Origin: an uncultured Candidatus Saccharibacteria bacterium
Lineage (GTDB): Bacteria > Patescibacteriota > Saccharimonadia > Saccharimonadales > UBA4665
Direction of reading: 5' to 3'
DNA: 64,000 bases
Assembly (NCBI GenBank): GCA_963707285.1
Contig: CAVPPA010000005.1
Coordinates: 66,180 to 130,179, forward strand
This document shows, piece by piece, positions 10,650 to 20,046 of the stretch. Each line of letters begins with the position of its first letter. Within the stretch, counting starts at the first letter, position 1. Under the pieces are notes generated by a model. That model did not search any database and was not told the origin of the DNA. It saw nothing but the letters and a program-made list of their open reading frames with translations. The position numbers and the translations under genes were made by a program.

Positions 10650-13481
10650 TCAAATCTGAACGAATGAGGCTTTGTGACTAATTTCTTTGTGAAGAGAAAT
10701 AATTGCTTTTCTGGTGTGTTTTCGGGTATGCCGCTGCAGCAAACGAATACCAAGGTATAAGCCGGCAGCCAGTATGGCCATCACCCAATCAACTAAACTT
10801 AATGGGCCAGCGTGGAAATAGGGTTGGATAACCGGGTTATACATTATATTGAAGATACAAAAGAGCGAGAGGCTAAAAGCAATTAGCAACTTTTTGTTGC
10901 TCCAAAGATAACGCGTAAAAAAGCTCTCATGTTCATCAGCCCTTACCAGTAATAGATTCATAAATTGACAGAGCACAAGCGTTAGATAGGTAAGTATGGT
11001 GGCTTCAGCATAAAGTTGGCTGCTTGTATCAATATAGGCTGCACCAATTCCGCGACGGGCGAAAAAGAATAGGAAATTGGCATAAGCGAGTAGCGCCGAG
11101 AGCAGGCCGAACATTAAGAATTCACGGACCGTATCACTGTTTAGGATGTGATCATTTAATCGTCGAGGTCGATCTTTCATGAGATTAGCTCGGGCTTTAT
11201 CCCAACCTAAGGCTGTTATCGGAAAAATTTGGGCAATTACGTCAATCGCCAAAATCTGTATGGCAGTAATAGCTAATGGGACATGGAAAAAAACTTGGCC
11301 GGCCAAACTCATTAAGATCGCGATCAATTCACTGGCATTATCGGTCATGGCACAGCGCGCTGCTTTTTTGACATTTATAAAGGTTAAGCGTCCTTGCTCA
11401 ATGGCGTGCACAAGCGTACTAAAACTGTCATCGAGAAGGACTATTTCGGAGGCGTCTTTTGCCACATCGGTACCAGTTTTACCCATGGCGACACCTATAT
11501 CTGCTCGCTTCAGCGCTGGCGCATCATTAATGCCATCTCCAGTTACAGCCACAACTAAGCCGCTATTTTTGGCAATCTCGACGATTCGGAGTTTATCTTC
11601 TGGTGAAGCACGCGAAAAAATAGCACCCCCTGCTTCAATTAGCTGTAGTATCTGGCTATCCGATAGGGCATTCAGTTCCTCAGTTACTACCAGTTTAACT
11701 TCAGCTTCGGAAGAGGCCAGTTTAGCTTTAATTGCGATGGCTTCAGCGGTAGCAGGAAAATCACCGGTTACAACCGAGACAGCTACGTGCGCGTTACGAG
11801 CAATCGTCATTGCGGCTGGGACATCATCGCGTAGCGGATCACTCATGCTGACCATACCCAAAAACGTTAAGTTTTGCTCGACATTATTCATGGAAAGTTT
11901 TTTTAGATCCGTTGTGTCTGGCAGGATTCGGTAAGCAAAAGCCAAGTTACGCATGCTCTTTTTTGCTTCGGATTTATTATGAGTCGTAAAAAAAGTCTGG
12001 TCTGCTACCGTTAATTTACGGACATGGCCGTGGTCCCACAGTTTGACACTGTGTTCTAAAACTGCTTCCGGTGCTCCTTTTACAAATACCAGCACCTGAT
12101 CGCCAGATCGACGAACCGAACTCATCAACTTGCGGCCCGAGTCAAACTGAAATTCGCGAATTTCTTGATAGCTCAACAGCAATTTCTCGGTATTTAGACC
12201 GGCTTTTCGGGCGGCGGTAATAATTGCTCCTTCTGTTGGATCACCAATAACGTACCAGGTTCGGTGCTGTGAGTCGGGCTGGCTGACCTTAGCATTGCAG
12301 GCTAGCGCGCCGGTTATAAAAAAGAGTGAAATATCATCCAGATTTTTTTGGGTTAATGGTTTTTGATTGTTACTAACCACAGAGCCAATCGGTTCATAAC
12401 CAGTGCCGGTGATATGGTAGCTGGTCCGACCGATGATGGCATCGCTGACGGTCATTTCGTTTTTTGTTAATGTGCCCGTCTTATCGGTCAGGATAATGTT
12501 AGTAGCACCCAATGTTTCCACAGCGGAGAGTTTTTTAACGAGAGCCCGTGCTTTTGCCATACGACTTGCCGTTTGAGCAAGTGTAATGTTAACTTCAGCC
12601 ACTAATCCATTGGGAATCATGGCAGCGCTAATACCGATTGCAAAAAGCAATGCCGCTTTCAAACCAAGGTTGGCCTGGAGGGCAATAATAGCCAATAGGG
12701 CTGCCAAAATAAGCGTGCCTTGGGTTATGCGGGTGGCTAAATTATTCATTTCTTTTTGAAGCGGGGAAGGATCGACCCGAGTTACTTGACTCAACGATGC
12801 TATCCGGCCCAGTTCGGTATGCATCCCGGTTCCAACAACGATACCGTGAGCTGTACCAGTCGCTACCGTCGTACTCATAAAAGCTAAGTTATGTCGTGTA
12901 GGGAGTGGGACCATCGTCGAGATAGCATGAACAAATTTGCGGCTCGGACTACTTTCACCGGTTAAAGCGAAATCATTTGTACTCAGTTCGTCCTCGTCTA
13001 AAATGCGTATATCAGCCGGAACAGAGTCACCCTCTTCAATATAGACGATATCACCTAGGACTAATTTTGTGGCGTCGATATCTCTTAATGTGCCATTTCG
13101 TAGCACTTTGGCTCGTGAGACCATCAGACTCTCCAAATTCTCCATTAACGTTTCGGCTTTGTGCTCTTGGAAGAAACCAACGCCGGCATTCATGAGCGCA
13201 ATGAGGAGTAAGATAGTGGCAGTTTTACTGTCTTGCAAATAGAAAGCGAAAGCGGCACTGACGAGCAGCATAACCACAAAAAGACTTTTAAATTGACGCA
13301 AAAATGTAATTAATACCGACTCGTGGTGGGCATGATACAAAGCGTTTGGTCCATGTTGCTCTAAGCGACGAGCCGCATCAGGGTTGGTGAGACCCATTTT
13401 ATGGCTGCGTAATTCAGTTATGACGTCATTAGGCGTCATGCGGTAATAATTCAAGCGTTTATCGGAGCCCACCGTATTCAT
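10650..13481 (-). CDS. cation-transporting P-type ATPase (P2-type, Ca2+/Mg2+-like)
   Basis: 943 aa with phosphorylation motif DKTGTLT, hinge VTGDGINDAPALK, TGES and about 10 TM segments. Confidence 0.88.
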   Translation of the reverse strand: MNTVGSDKRLNYYRMTPNDVITELRSHKMGLTNPDAARRLEQHGPNALYHAHHESVLITFLRQFKSLFVVMLLVSAAFAFYLQDSKTATILLLIALMNAGVGFFQEHKAETLMENLESLMVSRAKVLRNGTLRDIDATKLVLGDIVYIEEGDSVPADIRILDEDELSTNDFALTGESSPSRKFVHAISTMVPLPTRHNLAFMSTTVATGTAHGIVVGTGMHTELGRIASLSQVTRVDPSPLQKEMNNLATRITQGTLILAALLAIIALQANLGLKAALLFAIGISAAMIPNGLVAEVNITLAQTASRMAKARALVKKLSAVETLGATNIILTDKTGTLTKNEMTVSDAIIGRTSYHITGTGYEPIGSVVSNNQKPLTQKNLDDISLFFITGALACNAKVSQPDSQHRTWYVIGDPTEGAIITAARKAGLNTEKLLLSYQEIREFQFDSGRKLMSSVRRSGDQVLVFVKGAPEAVLEHSVKLWDHGHVRKLTVADQTFFTTHNKSEAKKSMRNLAFAYRILPDTTDLKKLSMNNVEQNLTFLGMVSMSDPLRDDVPAAMTIARNAHVAVSVVTGDFPATAEAIAIKAKLASSEAEVKLVVTEELNALSDSQILQLIEAGGAIFSRASPEDKLRIVEIAKNSGLVVAVTGDGINDAPALKRADIGVAMGKTGTDVAKDASEIVLLDDSFSTLVHAIEQGRLTFINVKKAARCAMTDNASELIAILMSLAGQVFFHVPLAITAIQILAIDVIAQIFPITALGWDKARANLMKDRPRRLNDHILNSDTVREFLMFGLLSALLAYANFLFFFARRGIGAAYIDTSSQLYAEATILTYLTLVLCQFMNLLLVRADEHESFFTRYLWSNKKLLIAFSLSLFCIFNIMYNPVIQPYFHAGPLSLVDWVMAILAAGLYLGIRLLQRHTRKHTRKAIISLHKEISHKASFVQI

Positions 13482-13563
13482 CTTGGGATCATTATACTAT
13501 GATCGGTCTTGTTGCCCGCGCTGTTGTTAGAGCTGAACATACCACTAGGCTATACTGAATAAC

Positions 13564-16227
13564 ATGCCCGACTTATCAGAGAAGCGTAAGAAGTTCGTCA
13601 TTATTGACGGTAAGAGCGTATTTTACCGCGGTTATTTTGCCATGCCGAATTTGACGACTAAAGAGGGGACACCAACTGGTGGAGTATTCGGTTTCGCCAC
13701 TATGGCACTGGAAGTCATCCGACGCCTTAGACCAGATTATGTGGCTGTGGCGTGGGACAAGCCTAAAACGAATATACGCCGACGTCTCCAGCTATACCCT
13801 GAATATAAGGCTGGACGCAAACCGCCACCGCCGGACTTCTATGAACAAATACCCATTCTTCAGGAACTCTTAAAAGCGTTTGGTTGGCCACTTTATGAAA
13901 TGGATGACTATGAAGCCGACGACATTATGGGAACACTAGCGCTACAGGCTACCAAAAAAGGTATTGAATCGCTACTAGTTACGAGCGATCTAGATATGTT
14001 ACAGCTAATTGATCCTCACGTGCACGTCTTTGCTTTAAAGCACGGCCTAAGCAACATTGAACTTTATTCACCGGAAAGTTTTGAGACAAAATACGGACTG
14101 AAAGTCGACCAATTTTTAGATTTTAAATCACTCAAAGGCGATTCATCTGACAATATACCGGGTGTACCAGGTATCGGTGAAAAAAAAGCGATTGAACTCT
14201 TGAAGCAATATAGAACGTTGGATGGTATTTATAAGAATCTTAAAGACATTAATCCAAGTCTTCGAGCAAAACTTGAGGCAGGCAAAAAATCGGCTGAACT
14301 GAGTAAGGAATTAGCTCGAATTTGGACTGATGCGCCGCTTACACTCAATCTAACAGAAGTAGACGGCAGCAAGCTGCAACCGACAAAATTACTGGAGCTA
14401 CTACAGAAATTAGAATTCCGAACCCTAGCACGCCAATTGCCTGAAGTCATGCAAGTTGCAACCAGCGAAGTCACGAATTTGCAGACTAGCCAACAGCACT
14501 TGAAAATCGGTCACAGCGTAGTTGTTGACAGCGACCATAAACTGGCTTCACTTAAACTAAACAGCTCTAAACAGCTTTTTGTTTATTCATGGTCGAAAGC
14601 TCCCCATGGCAATGAACCACTAATGTTGTTGCTAAGCCCAGATGGTGTTGTTGTCTATGCCCTGGATCTGACAAAACTTTCATCTCAGTCTATCGTCAAA
14701 CAATTATCGGGTATGGCACCAGTTGTAGGTTATGACGTTAAAGCGACTCTTCAAATTCTATTGGCATTAGGAATTGAAGCATTACCGGCCGTTGGTTATG
14801 ATGTGCTAATAGGGGCTTTTATACTTAATTCTTTGCGACGAGAACAAACCTTGACTGAACTTGCCTCAGCCGATCTGCACTACCACGAGACACCATTTGA
14901 ACAGATTGAGCCAGTCGACTTTTTATCACGGGCACCCGAAATTATAGCCGTCATAAAAGCGCTCTATGACCAGCAGTTAAAAGAACTTCACTCTATTCCA
15001 AAACTTACTGACCTAGCTACCCGAGTTGACTGGCCAGTCATACCCGTTTTGGCTCGAATGGAGTATATCGGTATAAAGCTTGACAGTGCATACCTTAAGC
15101 AGATGAGCATAGAATTTGATGCTTTAATTACCGATATAGAAGGTCAGATATTTACTAATGCCGGCACGACATTTAATATTGGCAGCCCCAGTCAATTGGC
15201 CGAGATTTTATTTCAAAAGTTACATTTGTCTACCAGTGGAATAAAAAAAGGCAAAACCAGCTTCAGCACTGCCGCTAGCGAACTCGATAAATTGCGCGGT
15301 CAACATCCGATTATCGAACTAATTACGCAATGGCGAGAAGTCACCAAGCTTAAAAATACCTATGTTGATACGCTTCCTTTAATGGTAGATAAAAATTCTC
15401 GATTGCATACCACATTTAATCTGACTATTGCCCAAACCGGTAGATTGTCCAGTACTGATCCTAATCTGCAAAATATACCTGTTCGAACCGATCTGGGCCG
15501 AAAAATTCGGACGGCTTTTGTAGCCTCTCCAGGCAATAAGCTAGTTAGCGCTGATTACAGCCAGTTTGAGCTTCGACTCAGTGCCGCTATGAGCCAGGAC
15601 AAAGAACTGATCGATATGTTCAATCGGGACGTTGACGTTCATACAGCCACGGCCGCGTTGGTCTATGGACGCGAACTTGAGGATGTCACAAAACAGATGC
15701 GACGTGTTGCTAAAGTAGTTAATTTTGGCATTCTTTACGGCATGAGCCCACACGGTCTTTCGATCGCAACTGGTATGACTTATGAACAAGCTCAACGTTT
15801 CATTGCCGAATACACGGCTATTCGTAAACCGTTGATCACCTATTTAGAGAGCCTGAAGGAGCGAGCCGTCAAAGACGGCTATGTCGAAACTTTACTGGGT
15901 CGTCGGCGACCTATGCCTGATATACACTCGACTAATTTTATAGTTCGTTCAGCTGCCGAGAGGGCAGCTATGAATATGCCAATTCAAGGCACCGAAGCCG
16001 ATCTAATGAAAATTGCTATGACGAAATTGGATAAATTATTGCAGGCGCGTCACGATAACGCCCGAATGCTACTGCAAATTCATGATTCAATCTTAGTTGA
16101 ATGCTCTGGAGACGCTGCCGAGTCAGTTGCCGCCCAACTTAAGGACACGATGGAAAATATTTATCCGGAACTTCCCGTTAAACTGACCGTTGATACCAGC
16201 ATCGGCAATAATTGGGGTGAGATATAA
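13564..16227 (+). CDS. polA: DNA polymerase I
   Basis: 5'-nuclease domain, then motif A DYSQFELR, motif B KVVNFGILYGMS and motif C QIHDSILVE. The 3'-5' exonuclease Exo motifs look degenerate. TATACT at 13551-13556 lies 7 nt upstream of the ATG. Confidence 0.92.
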   Translation: MPDLSEKRKKFVIIDGKSVFYRGYFAMPNLTTKEGTPTGGVFGFATMALEVIRRLRPDYVAVAWDKPKTNIRRRLQLYPEYKAGRKPPPPDFYEQIPILQELLKAFGWPLYEMDDYEADDIMGTLALQATKKGIESLLVTSDLDMLQLIDPHVHVFALKHGLSNIELYSPESFETKYGLKVDQFLDFKSLKGDSSDNIPGVPGIGEKKAIELLKQYRTLDGIYKNLKDINPSLRAKLEAGKKSAELSKELARIWTDAPLTLNLTEVDGSKLQPTKLLELLQKLEFRTLARQLPEVMQVATSEVTNLQTSQQHLKIGHSVVVDSDHKLASLKLNSSKQLFVYSWSKAPHGNEPLMLLLSPDGVVVYALDLTKLSSQSIVKQLSGMAPVVGYDVKATLQILLALGIEALPAVGYDVLIGAFILNSLRREQTLTELASADLHYHETPFEQIEPVDFLSRAPEIIAVIKALYDQQLKELHSIPKLTDLATRVDWPVIPVLARMEYIGIKLDSAYLKQMSIEFDALITDIEGQIFTNAGTTFNIGSPSQLAEILFQKLHLSTSGIKKGKTSFSTAASELDKLRGQHPIIELITQWREVTKLKNTYVDTLPLMVDKNSRLHTTFNLTIAQTGRLSSTDPNLQNIPVRTDLGRKIRTAFVASPGNKLVSADYSQFELRLSAAMSQDKELIDMFNRDVDVHTATAALVYGRELEDVTKQMRRVAKVVNFGILYGMSPHGLSIATGMTYEQAQRFIAEYTAIRKPLITYLESLKERAVKDGYVETLLGRRRPMPDIHSTNFIVRSAAERAAMNMPIQGTEADLMKIAMTKLDKLLQARHDNARMLLQIHDSILVECSGDAAESVAAQLKDTMENIYPELPVKLTVDTSIGNNWGEI

Positions 16228-16242
16228 AAACTACATTAATAT

Positions 16243-16680
16243 TTAGGTGCTATGTCGACGGCGGCTACGAACTTTAACTATTCGTCCACCTTTGGCTCGC
16301 GCTAAACGCCAAGCCAAAACAATGACCCAAAGCGCTATAAGACAAGAAGCCAGATTAGTTATCCGCTCAAGAAGACTTAGAGCATGTTGCGTATCGTATA
16401 GGTAAATAAGAGCCGCTAAAGCTTCGGCAGCAATTAGGAATTTCGCCAGACGGCTACTCCGCCTTTCCTGAGCGGCATACCCAAGTACGAGCAAGAATCC
16501 CAAGGCAAAGATTATCAAAATAACAAGTATCAGAGAAACCAAAGCGTTACTAATACAACTGGCATTAAAACCACTCGTACAGCCACCAATAATGGCAACA
16601 ATTGTCGTTAAGAATGTCAAAATAATTGTCGCGATAAATTGAATTAGGGTAGCCACACCAGTTTCATAGCGTAAATGCAT
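16243..16680 (-). CDS. hypothetical integral membrane protein
   Basis: 4-TM ORF. TACAAT (minus strand, 16688-16693) lies 7 nt upstream of ATG 16680; the ORF is open to 16722. Confidence 0.5.
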   Translation of the reverse strand: MHLRYETGVATLIQFIATIILTFLTTIVAIIGGCTSGFNASCISNALVSLILVILIIFALGFLLVLGYAAQERRSSRLAKFLIAAEALAALIYLYDTQHALSLLERITNLASCLIALWVIVLAWRLARAKGGRIVKVRSRRRHST

Positions 16681-16771
16681 AAGCACTATTGTAACGAAAA
16701 AACACATTGAGCATAGTTGCAAAATAATAAAAATATGGTATCATAGTAATGTTTATTGAAAGAGTTTTGGC

Positions 16772-17323
16772 ATGTTACGTTATATAATTGGATTTTTTGT
16801 AGCTGTTGGCTTAATTATAGTCGTCTTAGTGCTTATTTTTCACGGTTCAAATACGCCCGTTACGCAGCCTCTTAATCTAGATAATGATGCCAATACGGCC
16901 ATTGAAGTACAATTTACGATTGATAATCCAATATCCTCACCCCAAACCCATAACGATATCATCATTACTGTCAGTAACTCACAATCGTCAATCCTTATAA
17001 CCAAGGGCTACGATGGACAGATCACTAATATGCAAACTTATCCGATGAGCGTTACTGGATACGCCGACTTTTTGCGGGCTTTAAATATCAACGGTTTTAC
17101 TCTCGGGATTAATGATCCTGCTGTAGCTGATGAACGTGGTCATTGTGCTTTAGGCGACCGCTTTATTTATCAGGTACTTGGCGGCAATGGCAATAACTTG
17201 GAACGTTACTGGTCAACTTCTTGTAATACTGGCACTTTTAAAGGAAATATCCCCGTTATTCAACAGCTTTTTGAATTACAAATTCCTAATTATGGAACTC
17301 TAACAAGCAACATTACGCTGTAA
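16772..17323 (+). CDS. hypothetical secreted/membrane-anchored protein
   Basis: 183 aa with an N-terminal TM or signal anchor (IIGFFVAVGLIIVVLVLIF). No recognised domain. Confidence 0.45.
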   Translation: MLRYIIGFFVAVGLIIVVLVLIFHGSNTPVTQPLNLDNDANTAIEVQFTIDNPISSPQTHNDIIITVSNSQSSILITKGYDGQITNMQTYPMSVTGYADFLRALNINGFTLGINDPAVADERGHCALGDRFIYQVLGGNGNNLERYWSTSCNTGTFKGNIPVIQQLFELQIPNYGTLTSNITL

Positions 17324-17330
17324 GCTTGTC

Positions 17331-17570
17331 TTATCTCGTTCGAAATACAATTCGCTTATCTGTCTGCGCCACTTTTTTCAGTTGACTAATTTGAAAACGA
17401 AGTGTGCCCGTAAGGGCTGCACTCGGTGTCGTGACTATTATGTCATTACCACGTATAACAGCTTCTACTGTCACTTGGAAGTTGCCTTGGACGTACTGTT
17501 TAATGGCCACCGTTTCTGGTGGTTCACTAAAGTCTTTCTGGCTTAATATATCGAAAAGCGAATCAGTCAC
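17331..17570 (-). CDS. small hypothetical protein (tentatively DUF721/DciA-like)
   Basis: 79 aa. The C-terminal pattern IIVTTPSAALTGTLRFQISQLKK...RIVFRT resembles DUF721. The assignment is weak. Confidence 0.3.
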   Translation of the reverse strand: MTDSLFDILSQKDFSEPPETVAIKQYVQGNFQVTVEAVIRGNDIIVTTPSAALTGTLRFQISQLKKVAQTDKRIVFRTR

Positions 17571-17603
17571 ATCCCTATTCTAACAGGTATAATAAAGGGT
17601 ACG

Positions 17604-18491
17604 ATGCCCGAATTGCCAGAGGTGGAAACTGTCCGGATTGGCCTTAACCGTTTACTAGTCGGCTTAGTCATTGAAGCAGTTGAGGCTATTAACCCGAAAA
17701 GTTTTTTAATTGACCACAAAGATCAACAGTCATTGTTGTTTGGTGCGAAAATACTTGATGTCAGACGCCGGGCGAAGATGTTACTCATAGATTTATCAAC
17801 TAACTGTTCGCTTATTATTCATTTAAAAATGACCGGACAACTGGTGTTTGTTGCCTCTGATATTCATTTTGGCGCAGGGCATCCTTCAGAATCATTAATT
17901 GGTAGTTTACCTGATCGATCGACTCGAGTTATTTTTAGATTTACAAACGGCAGTTCGCTATATTTTAACGACCAACGTAAGTTTGGTTGGATACGATTAC
18001 TGCCGACAGTCGAGTTACCAAACAGTACATTAATGAATTTGCTTGGTCCTGAACCGTTAGATCCTGCTTTTAGTTGGCGCATATTGAAACAGCGGTTGCA
18101 AAAACGACAAAATACGTCGATTAAAGCAGCTTTGCTTGACCAGACCGTTCTCGCCGGTGTGGGTAATATTTACGCCGACGAATCGTTATGGGGAGCTAAA
18201 ATTCACCCCCAGCGATTAGTTCGAAGCCTTTCAGATACTAATATTAGAAATCTCCATAATACCTTAGTCGCCGTACTTCGTATGAGTATTAGTAAGGGAG
18301 GATCGACTGATCGCAATTATATCGATGCTGAGGGCAGAAAAGGAAGTTACTTACGTTTTGCCAATGTTTTTCGCCGCAATGGCCAACATTGTCTACGCTG
18401 TAATACGGAAATAATTAAAATTAGAGTTGCTGGTAGAGGTACCCATCTATGTCCTCATTGCCAAAAACTGCCGAAAAAAGCTAAACCTTAA
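17604..18491 (+). CDS. mutM: formamidopyrimidine-DNA glycosylase
   Basis: N-terminal MPELPEVETV, an H2TH region and a C-terminal CxxC...CxxC zinc finger (CLRC...CPHC). Confidence 0.9.
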   Translation: MPELPEVETVRIGLNRLLVGLVIEAVEAINPKSFLIDHKDQQSLLFGAKILDVRRRAKMLLIDLSTNCSLIIHLKMTGQLVFVASDIHFGAGHPSESLIGSLPDRSTRVIFRFTNGSSLYFNDQRKFGWIRLLPTVELPNSTLMNLLGPEPLDPAFSWRILKQRLQKRQNTSIKAALLDQTVLAGVGNIYADESLWGAKIHPQRLVRSLSDTNIRNLHNTLVAVLRMSISKGGSTDRNYIDAEGRKGSYLRFANVFRRNGQHCLRCNTEIIKIRVAGRGTHLCPHCQKLPKKAKP

Positions 18492-18550
18492 ACAAATAAA
18501 ACTAGCTAAACCATTCGTCAAAGTATTCGCATGAACATATAATAAAATCG

Positions 18551-19480
18551 ATGGTTACGACGCTTTCGGGAGGAAATAGTTACGCTCTTCAATCAGAACT
18601 TCAAAAATTGGTGAGCGAGTTTGTGGCGACTCACAGCGACATCGCTGTCGAGCGCTTAGAAGGTAAAGAAGCTGATTTTGACCGCATACGTGAGAGCTTG
18701 CAAAGTACACCATTTTTAGCGAGCCGAAAATTAGTTGTACTACGTAATCCCAGTGACAATAAAATATTTGTAAATCAAGCCGAGCAACTGTTGAAAGAGC
18801 TGCCAGAATCGACTGACGTAATACTAGTGGAGCCAATTCTAGATAAGCGATTGAGCTATTACAAGCTATTAAAAAAAGCGACAATATTTCATGAATTCAC
18901 TGAACCCGATCAATCAGGACTTGAGCGGTGGCTCAACGAAACTATTCAAAAAGGTGGTGGCTCGATAAATCCAAGCGAGGCGCGTTTCTTGGTCGAACGC
19001 GTCGGTATAAATCAACAACGATTGGCCCACGAGTTAGATAAATTGTTGTTATACGATCCGAAAATCACACACGATACGATTATGTTACTGACCGACCCTA
19101 CGCCACAAAGTACCATTTTCGATCTCCTCGACACAGCTTTTAACGGTAATAGCAAACGGACTTTGGAGCTTTATCGTGACCAACGTGAGCAGAAAGTCGA
19201 CATGTCTCAGATAATTGCTATGCTGACATGGCAACTGAGAATAATTGCCTTAATCAAAACAGCAGCTGGAAGAACTTTTGAAAATATAATTAAGGAAGCA
19301 AAGCTCAATCCATATACCGTTCGTAAAAGTCAGACAGCTGCTAGCCGCATTACGTTTGATCAGCTTAAAAAACTTATAACTGATTTGCTTCTCATAGATA
19401 TGCGTTCAAAACGAGAGAATATCGATCTTGATGAAGCCTTGCAGCTATTTTTACTAAACATTGCCTCATCGAAAGCCTAA
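18551..19480 (+). CDS. holA: DNA polymerase III subunit delta
   Basis: 309 aa with HolA-like organisation. TATAAT at 18538-18543 lies 7 nt upstream of the ATG. Confidence 0.7.
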   Translation: MVTTLSGGNSYALQSELQKLVSEFVATHSDIAVERLEGKEADFDRIRESLQSTPFLASRKLVVLRNPSDNKIFVNQAEQLLKELPESTDVILVEPILDKRLSYYKLLKKATIFHEFTEPDQSGLERWLNETIQKGGGSINPSEARFLVERVGINQQRLAHELDKLLLYDPKITHDTIMLLTDPTPQSTIFDLLDTAFNGNSKRTLELYRDQREQKVDMSQIIAMLTWQLRIIALIKTAAGRTFENIIKEAKLNPYTVRKSQTAASRITFDQLKKLITDLLLIDMRSKRENIDLDEALQLFLLNIASSKA

Positions 19481-19487
19481 AAAATGA

Positions 19488-19865
19488 TTACTTTTTAGCT
19501 GGTCGGGACTTTTTTGACAGTGGTTTTTTAAGAGAAGTTTTTTTATGGACTGGAGTTTTTTTAGCAGGGCTGACTTTCTTAACCTTTGTGGCTGTGGCAG
19601 TTTTTTTCGACGTAGTTTGCTTCGCGCCGGCCGCTTTAGCCTTGGCTGATAGTTGCTTCTTAATTCGAGCAGCCTTATTTTTGGACATCAAACCTTTTTT
19701 GACGGCTGTGTCTATAACACTTTGAGCGCTGTTATGTGATGCTGGTGTCGCTTTTTTAGCAAAAGCTTTAAGTGCACTTCTCATAATGCGCTTTGTCTTG
19801 CTGTTTCGAACAGTTGCCTTACGGGCCGTTCGTACGCGCTTTTTGGCTGATTTAATGATGGGCAT
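19488..19865 (-). CDS. rpsT: 30S ribosomal protein S20 with Lys-rich C-terminal extension
   Basis: N-terminus MPIIKSAKKRVRTARKATVRN is canonical S20. About 40 extra K/A/T/P-rich residues sit at the C-terminus. Confidence 0.88.
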   Translation of the reverse strand: MPIIKSAKKRVRTARKATVRNSKTKRIMRSALKAFAKKATPASHNSAQSVIDTAVKKGLMSKNKAARIKKQLSAKAKAAGAKQTTSKKTATATKVKKVSPAKKTPVHKKTSLKKPLSKKSRPAKK

Positions 19866-20046
19866 AACGTTCCTTAGAGTTTAATCAAATTGCCAAGTGA
19901 CTATAACAGATGAAGGCCGCTATTGTAAAGGCGGGAAGGCGCTGCTTTTAATTAAACCTACAATTATAGTTCTCTCGTCTGTTATGGCTTATAGACATAT
20001 GTTAACGTTTGTGGTAAGCTCACGCTAAAGGTTAAAATAAAAATGT

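Noticed and set aside
11179-11934. 251-aa ORF antisense to the P-type ATPase. There are similar antisense or shadow ORFs at 29011-29598, 6539-6940, 23334-23687, 36869-37168, 38999-39289 and 63568-63855.
   Set aside because: Each lies entirely inside, and opposite to, a long ORF with unambiguous family motifs. Their products are low-complexity Ser/Ala/Ile-rich sequences typical of shadow frames, and none has a promoter or Shine-Dalgarno signal.
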